Below, in pieces: positions 38,292 to 47,220 of a stretch of 64,000 nucleotides of DNA. The position numbers were made by a program, and so were the translations under genes. Position 1 is the stretch's first letter. Each line of letters begins with the position of its first letter. Where the stretch lies: assembly GCA_045644765.1 (NCBI GenBank), contig JAZRHM010000013.1, forward strand, positions 78,484-142,483, in the 5' to 3' direction. Under the pieces are notes generated by a model. The model had not been told where the DNA came from. It was given only the letters and a program-made list of their open reading frames with translations, and did no database searches. The DNA is from Alphaproteobacteria bacterium. Its GTDB lineage: Bacteria > Pseudomonadota > Alphaproteobacteria > RF32 > CAG-239.

Positions 38292-38729
38292 ATGACCTAT
38301 AATACTGAAGATAAAAAAATTATGTACAACACTTTTAAAGCACGTAATAAGTCTCGTTTGCAAGAGCTAATTAATTTTGCTAAAGAAAGTGCTTTTAATA
38401 AAATAGGCATTGCTAATTGCAAAGCAGTTCAGCCATATGCCGAAAAACTTGCTGATATCCTGACAAATGCCGGTTTTGACGTGTATTCAATAAATTGTAA
38501 AGATAGTGGTTTAAATGGAAACTCTGTCTGCGATGATATGTCCGGACCCTGCTGTGACCCATTATCGCAAGCTCAATATTTAAATTCTAAAAACACAGAC
38601 CTTAATATCAATCTCGGTTTATGCTTAGGGCATGGAATTATTTTTTCTAAACATAGCATAGCCCCTGTTACAACGTTTTTGGTAAAAGACTTTGCAACAG
38701 AACATAACCCTATTGAAAATTTAAGATAA
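38292..38729 (+). CDS. DUF1847-like Cys-rich putative metal-binding protein (short form, 145 aa)
   Basis: CCDPLSQAQYLNSKNTDLNINLGLCLGHGIIFSKHSIAPVTTFLVKD...HNP matches my memory of the conserved DUF1847 core (CNP..QA..LN...TDLN..VGLCVGHD...APVTT). The N-terminal Cys cluster of longer homologues is absent. Confidence 0.5.
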   Translation: MTYNTEDKKIMYNTFKARNKSRLQELINFAKESAFNKIGIANCKAVQPYAEKLADILTNAGFDVYSINCKDSGLNGNSVCDDMSGPCCDPLSQAQYLNSKNTDLNINLGLCLGHGIIFSKHSIAPVTTFLVKDFATEHNPIENLR

Positions 38730-38743
38730 ATTTTGAAAAATAT

Positions 38744-38776
38744 AAACTCCCCGACTTTCGAGGAGTTCTTTTTTTA
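38744..38776. terminator. Bidirectional terminator
   Basis: aaactcc-ccgactttcg-aggagtt-cttttttt. Confidence 0.75.
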
Positions 38777-38780
38777 CATT

Positions 38781-39497
38781 TTAACACTGATCTTCTGTGA
38801 GAAGCAGTTTTTGTGTTGCAATTCTTTGTGAAATTTGCTGACACAAAGTTTCAAGACTAACTAAAACAAACGGAGCCATTTTCTCGGTTGTTATTCTTAT
38901 CCGAAGCTGAGCTTTAACATATTCAAGCTCATCTAAAGACATTGACGGCCATTCTTCGCTTGAGTAACCTCGGTAGGGTAGTTGCAAAAATTTAGCAATC
39001 GTATTATACGCACTGTTATATTGCTGATATATTAATTTTTCAACTCCATCAGCACCTACAACATCACACATAATACGTATAAAACTTAAAGCAGTTTTAG
39101 CTTCTTTTTGCAATTTTTCCAAATTTAAGGCTTCCTGATACATATAAGATGCCTTAAATTCTTCGATATCACCTAATCTTACAATTCGTTGCTCTTTATA
39201 AGCTTGATATGCTCTTTGCTCATCAATCTGTCTGATAACATCGTTTGTAATAGCAAGTAATTGTTCTTCATGAGATAAAATTACCGATGCGATATTTCCA
39301 ATGGTTCCGGCAAAATAATAAGAATAACTGTTCAGTTGAAGTCTGTCTTCCTCTGAAAGTTTGGAACATATCTCAATAGCTTTCCAAGATGTAAAATAAG
39401 CGGAAGTAATATTATTCCACTGATTCTCTTTTTGCTCAAGTCTGTCAATAACTTCAAGTTGCATACTTGAAAGTTGTTTAATAATTTGATTATCCAT
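38781..39497 (-). CDS. Hypothetical all-helical protein (238 aa), orphan
   Basis: Clean ORF. A perfect 14-bp palindrome lies 35 bp upstream. Confidence 0.5.
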   Translation of the reverse strand: MDNQIIKQLSSMQLEVIDRLEQKENQWNNITSAYFTSWKAIEICSKLSEEDRLQLNSYSYYFAGTIGNIASVILSHEEQLLAITNDVIRQIDEQRAYQAYKEQRIVRLGDIEEFKASYMYQEALNLEKLQKEAKTALSFIRIMCDVVGADGVEKLIYQQYNSAYNTIAKFLQLPYRGYSSEEWPSMSLDELEYVKAQLRIRITTEKMAPFVLVSLETLCQQISQRIATQKLLLTEDQC

Positions 39498-39531
39498 AAT
39501 ATTTTTTTGTTTAATGTTAATAATTCAATTT

Positions 39532-39545
39532 CTCTGTTAACAGAG
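39532..39545. promoter_or_regulatory. Perfect 14-bp palindrome ctctgttaacagag upstream of the 238-aa orphan gene (candidate operator)
   Basis: Read directly from the sequence; sits in the promoter region of 38781-39497. Confidence 0.3.
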
Positions 39546-39625
39546 TATTACATATTAAATGTTTTGTCAATTATTTATATAAAAAATAATCGTTTATACC
39601 TTTGAACGAAAATATTTTGACGGTC

Positions 39626-39656
39626 ACGCCTTATGACGAAGTAGGTCAAATTAAAT
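39626..39656. repeat. Solitary half-copy related to the 8344-8376 module of the palindromic array
   Basis: ggtcacgccttatgacgaagtaggtcaaa versus tgtcacacctccgaacgaagtgaggtcaag, about 75% identity with one indel. Confidence 0.45.
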
Positions 39657-39721
39657 GTTAAAAAGTATTGAGGATCTTTCAATATAAACTACATATCTTA
39701 AAGTTTTGGCTTAATTACACA

Positions 39722-41707
39722 TTATAAATTTTTTATAGCCAACTGTTCCAGCTCTTTAATTTTATCCCTATAAACCATAGCTTGTTCAAATTCTAAGTTC
39801 AGGGCAGCTTCTTTCATGAGTTTGGTATATTCTTTAATCTTTTTATCTATATTTTTAAGTTCATCGACTGAAACTTTATCATCTTTAACAAAATCTGTTT
39901 CTGTCATTTCTTTTAATGTAGAAGAAATGCTTTTTTTAATGGTTTTAGGAGTGATATTATGTTCAATGTTATATCTTATTTGTTTTTCTCTACGTCTGTT
40001 TGTTTCATCTAAAGCTGCTTGAATTGAACCGGTTATTTTATCAGCATATAATATCACTCGTCCGTTTTCATTTCGTGCAGCCCTACCAATTGTTTGAATT
40101 AATGAGCGAGTTGAGCGTAAAAACCCTTCTTTATCGGCATCTAAAATAGCCACCAATGAGCATTCCGGAATATCTAAACCTTCTCGTAACAAGTTAATTC
40201 CGACCAAAACATCAAAAACTCCAAGTCTTAAATCTCTTATTATTTCAATGCGTTCCAATGTATCAATATCAGAATGCATATATCTTACCTTTATGCCGTT
40301 TTCATGTAAATATTCTGTTAAATCTTCAGCCATTTTTTTGGTTAAAGTTGTTACTAAAACACGTTCTTTTCTTTGAGCGATTTGATGACATTCATGCATC
40401 AAATCATCAATTTGGTTTTCAACAGGTCTAACTTCACAAATTGGGTCAGTAAGCCCTGTCGGCCTGATTATTTGCTCAGAAAAAGAACCTTTGCTTTGTT
40501 CTAATTCCCAATCTCCCGGAGTGGCTGAAACAAAAATTGTTTGCGGACGCATTTTATCCCATTCTTCAAATTTTAACGGGCGATTATCCAAACAAGACGG
40601 AAGTCTGAAACCATAATCCGCAAGCGTGCTTTTACGATTAAAATCGCCTCTGTACATTGCTCCTATTTGCGGAACTGAGATATGACTTTCATCAATAAAC
40701 AAAAGTGCATTTTTAGGAAAATATTCAAATAATGTAGGAGGAGGTTCTCCTGGAGCCCTTCCCGTTAAATATCTGGAATAGTTTTCGATACCTTTACAAT
40801 GGCCGGTTGTTTCAAGCATTTCCAAATCGAAACGAGTCCGCTGTTCAAGCCGTTGTGCTTCTAAAAGTTTGTTTTGTGATTTTAGTTCATCAAGTCTTAT
40901 GCTTAAATCTTTTCTGATATGTGTAATAGCCTGAGAAAGCGCAGGACGAGGCGTTACATAATGATTGGCCGGATAAACCGTGATTTCTGTTAAATCTGCA
41001 GTTTTCTTACCTGTTAATGAATCGAACTCGGATATAGTTTCAATCTCGTCTCCAAAAAAACAAATTCGCCAAGCTCTGTCTTCGTAGTGAGCCGGAAAAA
41101 CATCTAAAGTATCACCATTTACCCTGAATGTGCTTCGAACAAAGTTTATTTGATTGCGCTCATATTGAAGTTCTGCCAGATTTCTACAGACATCATTGAG
41201 CTCAATTACATCACCTGCTTTTAAGCTAAAAGCCATCGAAGAATATGATTCCATGGCCCCTAAGCCATATATACAAGATACCGAAGCAACAATTATAACA
41301 TCATTTTCTTCTAAAACATTTCGCGTTGCTCCATGACGCATACGGTCTATTTGTTCATTAATGGAAGAATCTTTTTCAATGTAAGTATCCGTTTTTGGAA
41401 TGTATGCTTCCGGTTGATAATAATCATAGTATGAAACAAAATATTCTACCCGATTGTGAGGAAAAAATTCTTTCATTTCGGCATAAAGTTGAGCCGCCAA
41501 AATTTTATTTGGTGCCATAATAAGAGCAGGTCTTTTAACTTTTTCTATAATTTTTGCCATTGTAAATGTTTTGCCTGAACCTGTAACTCCGAGCAAAACT
41601 TGATTTTTTTCACCATTTTCCAAACCTTGACACAGCTCATCAATTGCTTGAGGTTGATCTCCTGATGCTTCAAACGGGCTTTCTATTTTAAATTCTTTTT
41701 CTTTCAT
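39722..41707 (-). CDS. uvrB: Excinuclease ABC subunit B
   Basis: [14 protein letters not shown], Walker [13 protein letters not shown], helicase motifs, C-terminal UVR domain ([15 protein letters not shown]). Alternative start at 41725. Confidence 0.93.
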   Translation of the reverse strand: MKEKEFKIESPFEASGDQPQAIDELCQGLENGEKNQVLLGVTGSGKTFTMAKIIEKVKRPALIMAPNKILAAQLYAEMKEFFPHNRVEYFVSYYDYYQPEAYIPKTDTYIEKDSSINEQIDRMRHGATRNVLEENDVIIVASVSCIYGLGAMESYSSMAFSLKAGDVIELNDVCRNLAELQYERNQINFVRSTFRVNGDTLDVFPAHYEDRAWRICFFGDEIETISEFDSLTGKKTADLTEITVYPANHYVTPRPALSQAITHIRKDLSIRLDELKSQNKLLEAQRLEQRTRFDLEMLETTGHCKGIENYSRYLTGRAPGEPPPTLFEYFPKNALLFIDESHISVPQIGAMYRGDFNRKSTLADYGFRLPSCLDNRPLKFEEWDKMRPQTIFVSATPGDWELEQSKGSFSEQIIRPTGLTDPICEVRPVENQIDDLMHECHQIAQRKERVLVTTLTKKMAEDLTEYLHENGIKVRYMHSDIDTLERIEIIRDLRLGVFDVLVGINLLREGLDIPECSLVAILDADKEGFLRSTRSLIQTIGRAARNENGRVILYADKITGSIQAALDETNRRREKQIRYNIEHNITPKTIKKSISSTLKEMTETDFVKDDKVSVDELKNIDKKIKEYTKLMKEAALNLEFEQAMVYRDKIKELEQLAIKNL

Positions 41708-41817
41708 AGAACACAGTTTAATCATTTTTTTTAAAAAATAAATAGAAAAATACGCTAAAAATTTTTATTTGACAGTAAAAAACAAAGATTATATAATTGG
41801 ATATATAATGCATATAT

Positions 41818-42489
41818 GTGAGAATTTTTATGAAAACGGAATATGTTGATTTTTTATGTTCAGAATATGAACAAGCTGATTTAAAGCCTGAAAGTGTTGT
41901 TATCGGTAACAGCAAATATATCGTTCCGTATATTTATATAAAAACCAACAATGAACCGTTAAAGCTTTTTTTAACGGATTTTTTTGATGTTATGCGCAAA
42001 GATTATATATTATATCTTAGAAACAAAGAACCTGTACGGTATATTAATTGGTATGATGGCAATAAAAATCGTCATTTAATAGTCCCGTATACAATTCGTT
42101 ACAACATGTGTTCAGATGAAGAGATTGTAAATAGGATTATTGAAAAGGCCAGAAAAAAGTATAAAAAAGCAATTATGACGGCATATGAACTTAAAAAAAC
42201 ATATCCTAATATGGTTTTTGAACGTATGATAAGTTCAAAAGCTTTCAAAGAAATGTTAAAAGCCCATAAAAAGTGTCTATCAAAACAAAAAAGAAATATG
42301 GCTGTTTATATCACTGAAAGAGTGGGACGATTTATGTCACAGAATCCGGAAAAAATTACTAACAATATGGATGGCGTTTTATTATACGTTCTAAGGCAAA
42401 AAGCTAAAAAATGGGCATTAAAGGTTGTTCTTTGTGCCGCTGTAGAAACCAGTGTTTTTGAAGCCATAAATATATCTTCAGATAATTAA
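41818..42489 (+). CDS. Hypothetical basic protein (223 aa), orphan
   Basis: Track ORF; an internal ATG (MKTEYV...) is the more likely start. Terminator 42488-42524. Confidence 0.5.
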   Translation: MRIFMKTEYVDFLCSEYEQADLKPESVVIGNSKYIVPYIYIKTNNEPLKLFLTDFFDVMRKDYILYLRNKEPVRYINWYDGNKNRHLIVPYTIRYNMCSDEEIVNRIIEKARKKYKKAIMTAYELKKTYPNMVFERMISSKAFKEMLKAHKKCLSKQKRNMAVYITERVGRFMSQNPEKITNNMDGVLLYVLRQKAKKWALKVVLCAAVETSVFEAINISSDN

Positions 42490-42524
42490 AAAACATCTCC
42501 GTCATCACATAACGGAGATGTGTT
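42488..42524. terminator. Bidirectional terminator
   Basis: aaaaaacatctccgt-catcacata-acggagatgtgtt. Confidence 0.75.
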
Positions 42525-42544
42525 ATAAAATTTAATTCCGAAAC

Positions 42545-43012
42545 TTATTTTTTAGGAGCATCTTTTCCCATATGAGGATGTGGCATTCCTTTTCTGTGGT
42601 GTTTTCCGAACATATGCCCTTTTTCAAATTTCGGACCTTTAGTTTTCATTTCATCAAAACTCTTTTTCTGTTCTGGAGTTAAGATTTTTTCAAATTCTTC
42701 CATATTAGCTCTACGTTCCGCATCTATTTTTTCACGCAAATCTTTCATTTCTTTCATAAGAGGTTCAATTTTTTTGCGTCCTTCTTGACGAATTTTAGCA
42801 GCTTGTTCTTGTTGCTCTTTTGTCAGATTTAATTTTTCTGCCATTTTCTTAGCCATTTTTTCATGGAAATTTTTATCAAATTTCGGATGATTGTTTTCCA
42901 TTTTTAATACTTCTTCATGTGAAACCGGTGGAATATCAGTTTCTTCAGCCTTTACTACATTAGAAAATATAATAGTGGTTGCTAAAAATGTAGATAATAA
43001 AAATTTATTCAT
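42545..43012 (-). CDS. Periplasmic LTXXQ-motif protein (Spy/CpxP/ZraP family) with a His-rich C-terminus
   Basis: Signal peptide, two LTxxQ motifs (LNLTKEQQEQ, LTPEQKKSF), tail GHMFGKHHRKGMPHPHMG. ATGA overlap with the sigma gene stop. Confidence 0.75.
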   Translation of the reverse strand: MNKFLLSTFLATTIIFSNVVKAEETDIPPVSHEEVLKMENNHPKFDKNFHEKMAKKMAEKLNLTKEQQEQAAKIRQEGRKKIEPLMKEMKDLREKIDAERRANMEEFEKILTPEQKKSFDEMKTKGPKFEKGHMFGKHHRKGMPHPHMGKDAPKK

Positions 43013-43521
43013 TTATTTTCTCCTCTTAAAAAGTTTAATTTTTCTTTTAGAATTTTACGGGCATTAAAAAGCCTAGATTTCACAGTTCCTTCAGGAACAC
43101 CTAAACGTTTAGCAATATCTTCAATTGAGTATCCCTCAAACTCAAACAATATAATAACCTTTCTATGTTCTTTTGATAAAGAATCTACGGCTTTTAAAAT
43201 AATTTTCTGTCGTTGCTTTTCATCTATGATAACATCAGGAGTGTTCTCATATGATAAATTTTCAACTATTGTATCATCAGAAACTTCTTTTAAACCTGTT
43301 TTAAAACTTTTAGAACGAAAGTAATCTCTACAAATATTGGCTGTAAGCATACAAATCCATTGCTTTAATTTTCCTTGTTCTTTATATTTAGGCAAATTTT
43401 GCCACGTTTTTATATAAACTTCTTGCTCAATATCTTCATTGTTACTTCCGGTTAGTTTACGGATAACAGCTTTGATATATTTTTTATTTTGTTCAATAAT
43501 ATGTTTCATTAGCCAATCCAT
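43009..43521 (-). CDS. ECF-type sigma-70 family RNA polymerase sigma factor
   Basis: Region 2 (EDIEQEVYIKTWQNL...WICMLTANICRDYFR) and region 4 HTH (YSIEDIAKRLGVPEGTVKSRLFNARK). An alternative start at 43509 would overlap the upstream stop as TAATG. Confidence 0.88.
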   Translation of the reverse strand: MDWLMKHIIEQNKKYIKAVIRKLTGSNNEDIEQEVYIKTWQNLPKYKEQGKLKQWICMLTANICRDYFRSKSFKTGLKEVSDDTIVENLSYENTPDVIIDEKQRQKIILKAVDSLSKEHRKVIILFEFEGYSIEDIAKRLGVPEGTVKSRLFNARKILKEKLNFLRGENK

Positions 43522-43757
43522 AACAATCCGTATTCATCCACAGGTAAGCCCATATCTTCAATTATGGAACCGTTTGATGCGCTATACACTTCTTGTTCCC
43601 AAAAATCATAAATAGGAGTACTTTGTTTAACTGTTGCTGCAAAAACAAACAAACAGCAACACATGGCAACGCTGACTGACGTCAATATCCTGCGACGTTT
43701 TTTGCGCGCAAAATATAAAGGCTTAGCTTCTTGTATGAGTTTTGATATTTCTTCCAT
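43509..43757 (-). CDS. Small single-pass membrane protein (82 aa), first gene of the ECF sigma operon
   Basis: SD AAGGAG. A ~24-aa cytoplasmic N-terminus ending KKRRR, TM ILTSVSVAMCCCLFVFAATV, and a ~40-aa periplasmic tail. Confidence 0.6.
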   Translation of the reverse strand: MEEISKLIQEAKPLYFARKKRRRILTSVSVAMCCCLFVFAATVKQSTPIYDFWEQEVYSASNGSIIEDMGLPVDEYGLLWIG

Positions 43758-43781
43758 AAAATTTCTCCTTACATTATGCTA

Positions 43782-43807
43782 TAACGAAAAGATTTAACAT
43801 AAGGTTC
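43782..43807 (-). promoter_or_regulatory. ECF-type promoter (GAACC-N16-CGTTA) upstream of the three-gene sigma operon
   Basis: Minus strand: atGAACCttatgttaaatcttttCGTTAtag, about 25 nt before the ATG at 43757. Confidence 0.5.
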
Positions 43808-44011
43808 ATTTTAAAATATTTTTTTTGAAACATATCTTTTTTTTACATAAAGATTTTGTTAATAGCAAAATTTTTAGAGCTGTGTTGTTTTTAACTGCTA
43901 TTAGCTGTGAAATTTGAGGTAAAAATAAGGTAGATAAGCTTGTTTCTTGAATTGCAATTTTTATTACTTGCTATATAGTGACACATATTAAATAAAACAG
44001 CGAGGTAATAA

Positions 44012-45313
44012 ATGAAAATTGGTGTTGTCGGAACGGGTTATGTCGGTTTACCTACCGGAGTTGGCTTGGCAGAACTCGGAAATGAAGTTATATGTATTGA
44101 TAAAGATGAGAATAAGATAAACGCTCTTAAAAACGGTAAACTTACAATTTTTGAAGATGGCCTACCCGAACTTTTTACAAAAAATGTCCAAGCAGAAAAT
44201 ATAAAATTTACAACTTCTATGCAAGAAGGTGTTGAAAATGCCGATATCGTGATTTTGGCAGTTGGCACACCTCCAAATCCGATAACTAAAGAAGCTGATA
44301 TGAAGTATATTCATGCTGCCGCTGAAGAATTGGCTAATTACATAACAGGATATACAGTTATAGCAGTCAAATCTACAGTTCCGGTAAACACTGGTGATGA
44401 AGTGGAAAAAATCATTTTATCACAAAATCCCAAAGGTGAATTTGATGTTGTTTCCTTGCCTGAGTTTTTGCGTGAGGGTTTTGCCGTGCATGATTTTTTT
44501 AATCCCGACAGGATTATCGTCGGAGCAAACAGTGAGCGAGCAAAAGCTAAAATTGCCGAACTTTATCAACCTTTTGAGGCAAAAACTCCAATTTTATATG
44601 TCAAACGTCGTTCATCAGAAACGATTAAATATGCATCAAATGCTTTTTTAGCCATGAAGATTCAGTATATAAATGAAATGGCAGATTTTTGTGAAAAATC
44701 AGGTGCTGATGTTTATGAAGTTGCTACAGGTATGGGCTTAGATTCTCGAATTGGAAACAAGTTTTTAAATCCGGGACCCGGATATGGTGGTTTTTGTTTT
44801 CCCAAAGATACTAACGCTATGGCTTATATGGGACGGGTTAAAGGCGTTAATTTGTCTTTAATTGAAGCCACTATAAGAGGTAATGACAAGCGTAAAATTC
44901 AGATGGCAAGACGTATTTTAGAAGAAGTTGCAGATATAAGAAAACCTGTAGTGGGTGTGTTAGGTGCCGCCTTCAAAGGTGGAACTGATGATTGTCGAGA
45001 ATCTCCTGCTATGCAAATTATAGAAATCTTACTTGAAAAAGGAGCAAATGTACGCTTGTATGATCCTGAAGCTCTTGGTAATGCTAAGGCCATATTATCA
45101 GATAAAGTATATTATGCAACCGATATGTATGATGCGTTAAATGGCGCTGATGTTATGGCTGTTTTAACTGAATGGGCAGATTTTAAAACAATTGATTTGG
45201 AAAAAGTAAAGTCATTGTTGAAAAATCCGAAAATTGTTGATTTAAGAAATTTGATTAATCGGACAGAAGCCATAAATCTTGGTTTTGACATTAAAAGTAT
45301 TGGAGTTATATGA
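44012..45313 (+). CDS. ugd: UDP-glucose 6-dehydrogenase
   Basis: MKIGVVGTGYVGLPTG Rossmann motif; catalytic GGFCFPKD. Confidence 0.92.
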   Translation: MKIGVVGTGYVGLPTGVGLAELGNEVICIDKDENKINALKNGKLTIFEDGLPELFTKNVQAENIKFTTSMQEGVENADIVILAVGTPPNPITKEADMKYIHAAAEELANYITGYTVIAVKSTVPVNTGDEVEKIILSQNPKGEFDVVSLPEFLREGFAVHDFFNPDRIIVGANSERAKAKIAELYQPFEAKTPILYVKRRSSETIKYASNAFLAMKIQYINEMADFCEKSGADVYEVATGMGLDSRIGNKFLNPGPGYGGFCFPKDTNAMAYMGRVKGVNLSLIEATIRGNDKRKIQMARRILEEVADIRKPVVGVLGAAFKGGTDDCRESPAMQIIEILLEKGANVRLYDPEALGNAKAILSDKVYYATDMYDALNGADVMAVLTEWADFKTIDLEKVKSLLKNPKIVDLRNLINRTEAINLGFDIKSIGVI

Positions 45314-46200
45314 TGAAAAAGGACCAAAAATTTTCAGATAAAGCAAAAAGATTAATGATTGAATTTCAAAGAGATGAAATAACAAGTTCATGTATATATT
45401 CATATTTTGCCGGAAGAGTTAAAAATAAAAAAGAACAAAAAACTCTAAAGCAAATAGCACAAGATGAAATGGCTCACGCAAATATTTGGCAACAATATAC
45501 AAACATTGAAATAAAACCTAATATGTTTAAAGTGTGGTTTTATCGTATTTTGATTTATTTATTGGGATATACTTTCGTAATAAAGCTTTTGGAAACACGT
45601 GAAGATTACGGAATTGTCTCTGTTAAACAACTTTCCGATGAAATTCCTGAAGTTAAAAAAATTATTGCAGATGAAAAAAAGCATGAAAAAAAGCTTATAG
45701 AGATGCTTGATGAAGAGCGCCTTAACTATGTTGGTGCGATGGTTTTAGGTTTAAATGATGCTTTGGTAGAATTAACCGGAACAATTGCAGGTATGACCTT
45801 TGTCTTAGCTAATACCACTCTGATTGCGATGGCGGGTATTATAACCGGTGTCTCTGCAACATTATCTATGGCGGCGTCAAACTATTTAGCTGAACGCGCA
45901 GATGGTAACCCAAATGCATTAAAAGCCAGTTTTTATACCGGAATTGCATATTTAATTACGGTTGTATGTTTGGTTTTACCATATTTGTTGTTTCCTACAG
46001 ATATGTATGTCGCCTCTCTTATTTGTATGATTACAATAGTGGTCTGTTTAGTGTTTATATTTAACTATTATATTGGAGTTGTAAAATCAGAACCTTTCTT
46101 ACCTAAATTTATTGAAATGTCTACCATCAGCTTATCTGTAGCTTTAATAGCATTTCTGATAGGTTGGGGAGCAAAAGCTTTTTTTAATCTTGATTTATAA
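45310..46200 (+). CDS. mbfA: Erythrin-VIT1 (MbfA-like) protein: N-terminal ferritin-like/rubrerythrin domain fused to a VIT1/CCC1 iron-export membrane domain
   Basis: Di-iron ligand motifs E...QDEMAH and ADEKKHEKKL, then the VIT1 core YVGAMVLGLNDALVELTG and C-terminal TMs. ATGA overlap with ugd. Confidence 0.8.
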   Translation: MMKKDQKFSDKAKRLMIEFQRDEITSSCIYSYFAGRVKNKKEQKTLKQIAQDEMAHANIWQQYTNIEIKPNMFKVWFYRILIYLLGYTFVIKLLETREDYGIVSVKQLSDEIPEVKKIIADEKKHEKKLIEMLDEERLNYVGAMVLGLNDALVELTGTIAGMTFVLANTTLIAMAGIITGVSATLSMAASNYLAERADGNPNALKASFYTGIAYLITVVCLVLPYLLFPTDMYVASLICMITIVVCLVFIFNYYIGVVKSEPFLPKFIEMSTISLSVALIAFLIGWGAKAFFNLDL

Positions 46201-46224
46201 AATTCTATATATTGGTTGCTCATA

Positions 46225-46263
46225 AAAATACCTCAATATTTTCATTATTGAGGTATTTTTTAT
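46225..46263. terminator. Bidirectional terminator
   Basis: aaaaatacctcaata-ttttcatt-attgaggtatttttt. Confidence 0.8.
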
Positions 46264-46282
46264 ATCAACACATAGCAAATAA

Positions 46283-47218
46283 TTACCTACGAGCCTGATA
46301 TTGATCTTTACTCGTTCCATGTGCTAAAGATGACTTTTCTTGAGCATTGGAATCTTGATTTTTAGTTTCAACTGCAGGCACACTGATTTTCGCTTGATTT
46401 TTAGAATTTTCAGAGGTAGCCTTACTTCTTACTTTTTCCAAATTATGCGCCACGACACCCATATCATGTGATTGCATCAAATTAGCAAACAATACGCGAG
46501 TATCATCTTTTAATATTTTGTATCCTGGCTTTTTTAAAGCTTCCATCAACTCTTCTTCTCGGCCTTTTTCTTTAACTCTTTTCATCAAAACATCCATCTG
46601 AGGAAGTGCTGTTTCAGAATCAATTTGCTTTCTATCTAATTGTTTAGCTATTCTCAATAACAATTTTTCGGGTTGATTTGCCGCCCAATCGGCTTTGATT
46701 GTATCAAGGTCTTTTTCACGAGTTTCACGGTGAGATTTTTTAGCTTCTTCTTGCGAAATTAAACCATTTTTCACCAAATTTGCAATTTCTGTACGTATAG
46801 CACTTGTTGTTGCCAATTTGACAGCAGCACCATCAGAATATCCTTTTTGTATAATATCTTTGGTTTTCTTATGAATGGTTTCAATAGCTACAGCATCGAA
46901 TACGATTTTTTCTGCTACATCACTTGATAAAATATCAGACGGAGAAGGAATGGCTCTATTATTCTCAATATCTCTACATTCATCTATTGTAAGATTATTG
47001 TCTGTTTTTGCTCTTTCCAAAATATCATCAGGAACGCGTCCGAAATATTCGTCCCTAATACGCTCAGGAACCTTCTTCCAAATATCAAACTTAGCCTGAT
47101 GTTTTGTGGCAATTGCTGTCACTATACTATCAGCAACATCATTGGAAGCTAATTTACCGTAATCTTCGGGATAATTCGCTTTCAAAAATACTAAAAAATC
47201 TGTTCCTATATCAGCCAT
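46283..47218 (-). CDS. Orphan helical protein (311 aa), second gene of a coupled two-gene operon
   Basis: ATG lies 2 nt after the upstream stop. SD AAGGAAGGAG is embedded in the upstream gene's last codons. No signal peptide; polar disordered C-terminus. Confidence 0.6.
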   Translation of the reverse strand: MADIGTDFLVFLKANYPEDYGKLASNDVADSIVTAIATKHQAKFDIWKKVPERIRDEYFGRVPDDILERAKTDNNLTIDECRDIENNRAIPSPSDILSSDVAEKIVFDAVAIETIHKKTKDIIQKGYSDGAAVKLATTSAIRTEIANLVKNGLISQEEAKKSHRETREKDLDTIKADWAANQPEKLLLRIAKQLDRKQIDSETALPQMDVLMKRVKEKGREEELMEALKKPGYKILKDDTRVLFANLMQSHDMGVVAHNLEKVRSKATSENSKNQAKISVPAVETKNQDSNAQEKSSLAHGTSKDQYQARR

Positions 47219-47220
47219 AT

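Noticed and set aside
41726-41817. Looked for an alphaproteobacterial SOS box (GTTC-N7-GTTC, or GAAC-N7-GAAC on the other strand) upstream of uvrB
   Set aside because: No such direct repeat is visible in the 90-bp upstream region.
41818-42489. Apparent one-nucleotide frame discrepancy near the A-run at about 42417-42423 when I translated by hand, which would imply a frameshift or pseudogene
   Set aside because: The supplied ORF track translates the region contiguously (…KKWALKVVLCAAV…). My hand count of homopolymer A runs is error-prone, so I treat it as my own counting error and not as a frameshift.
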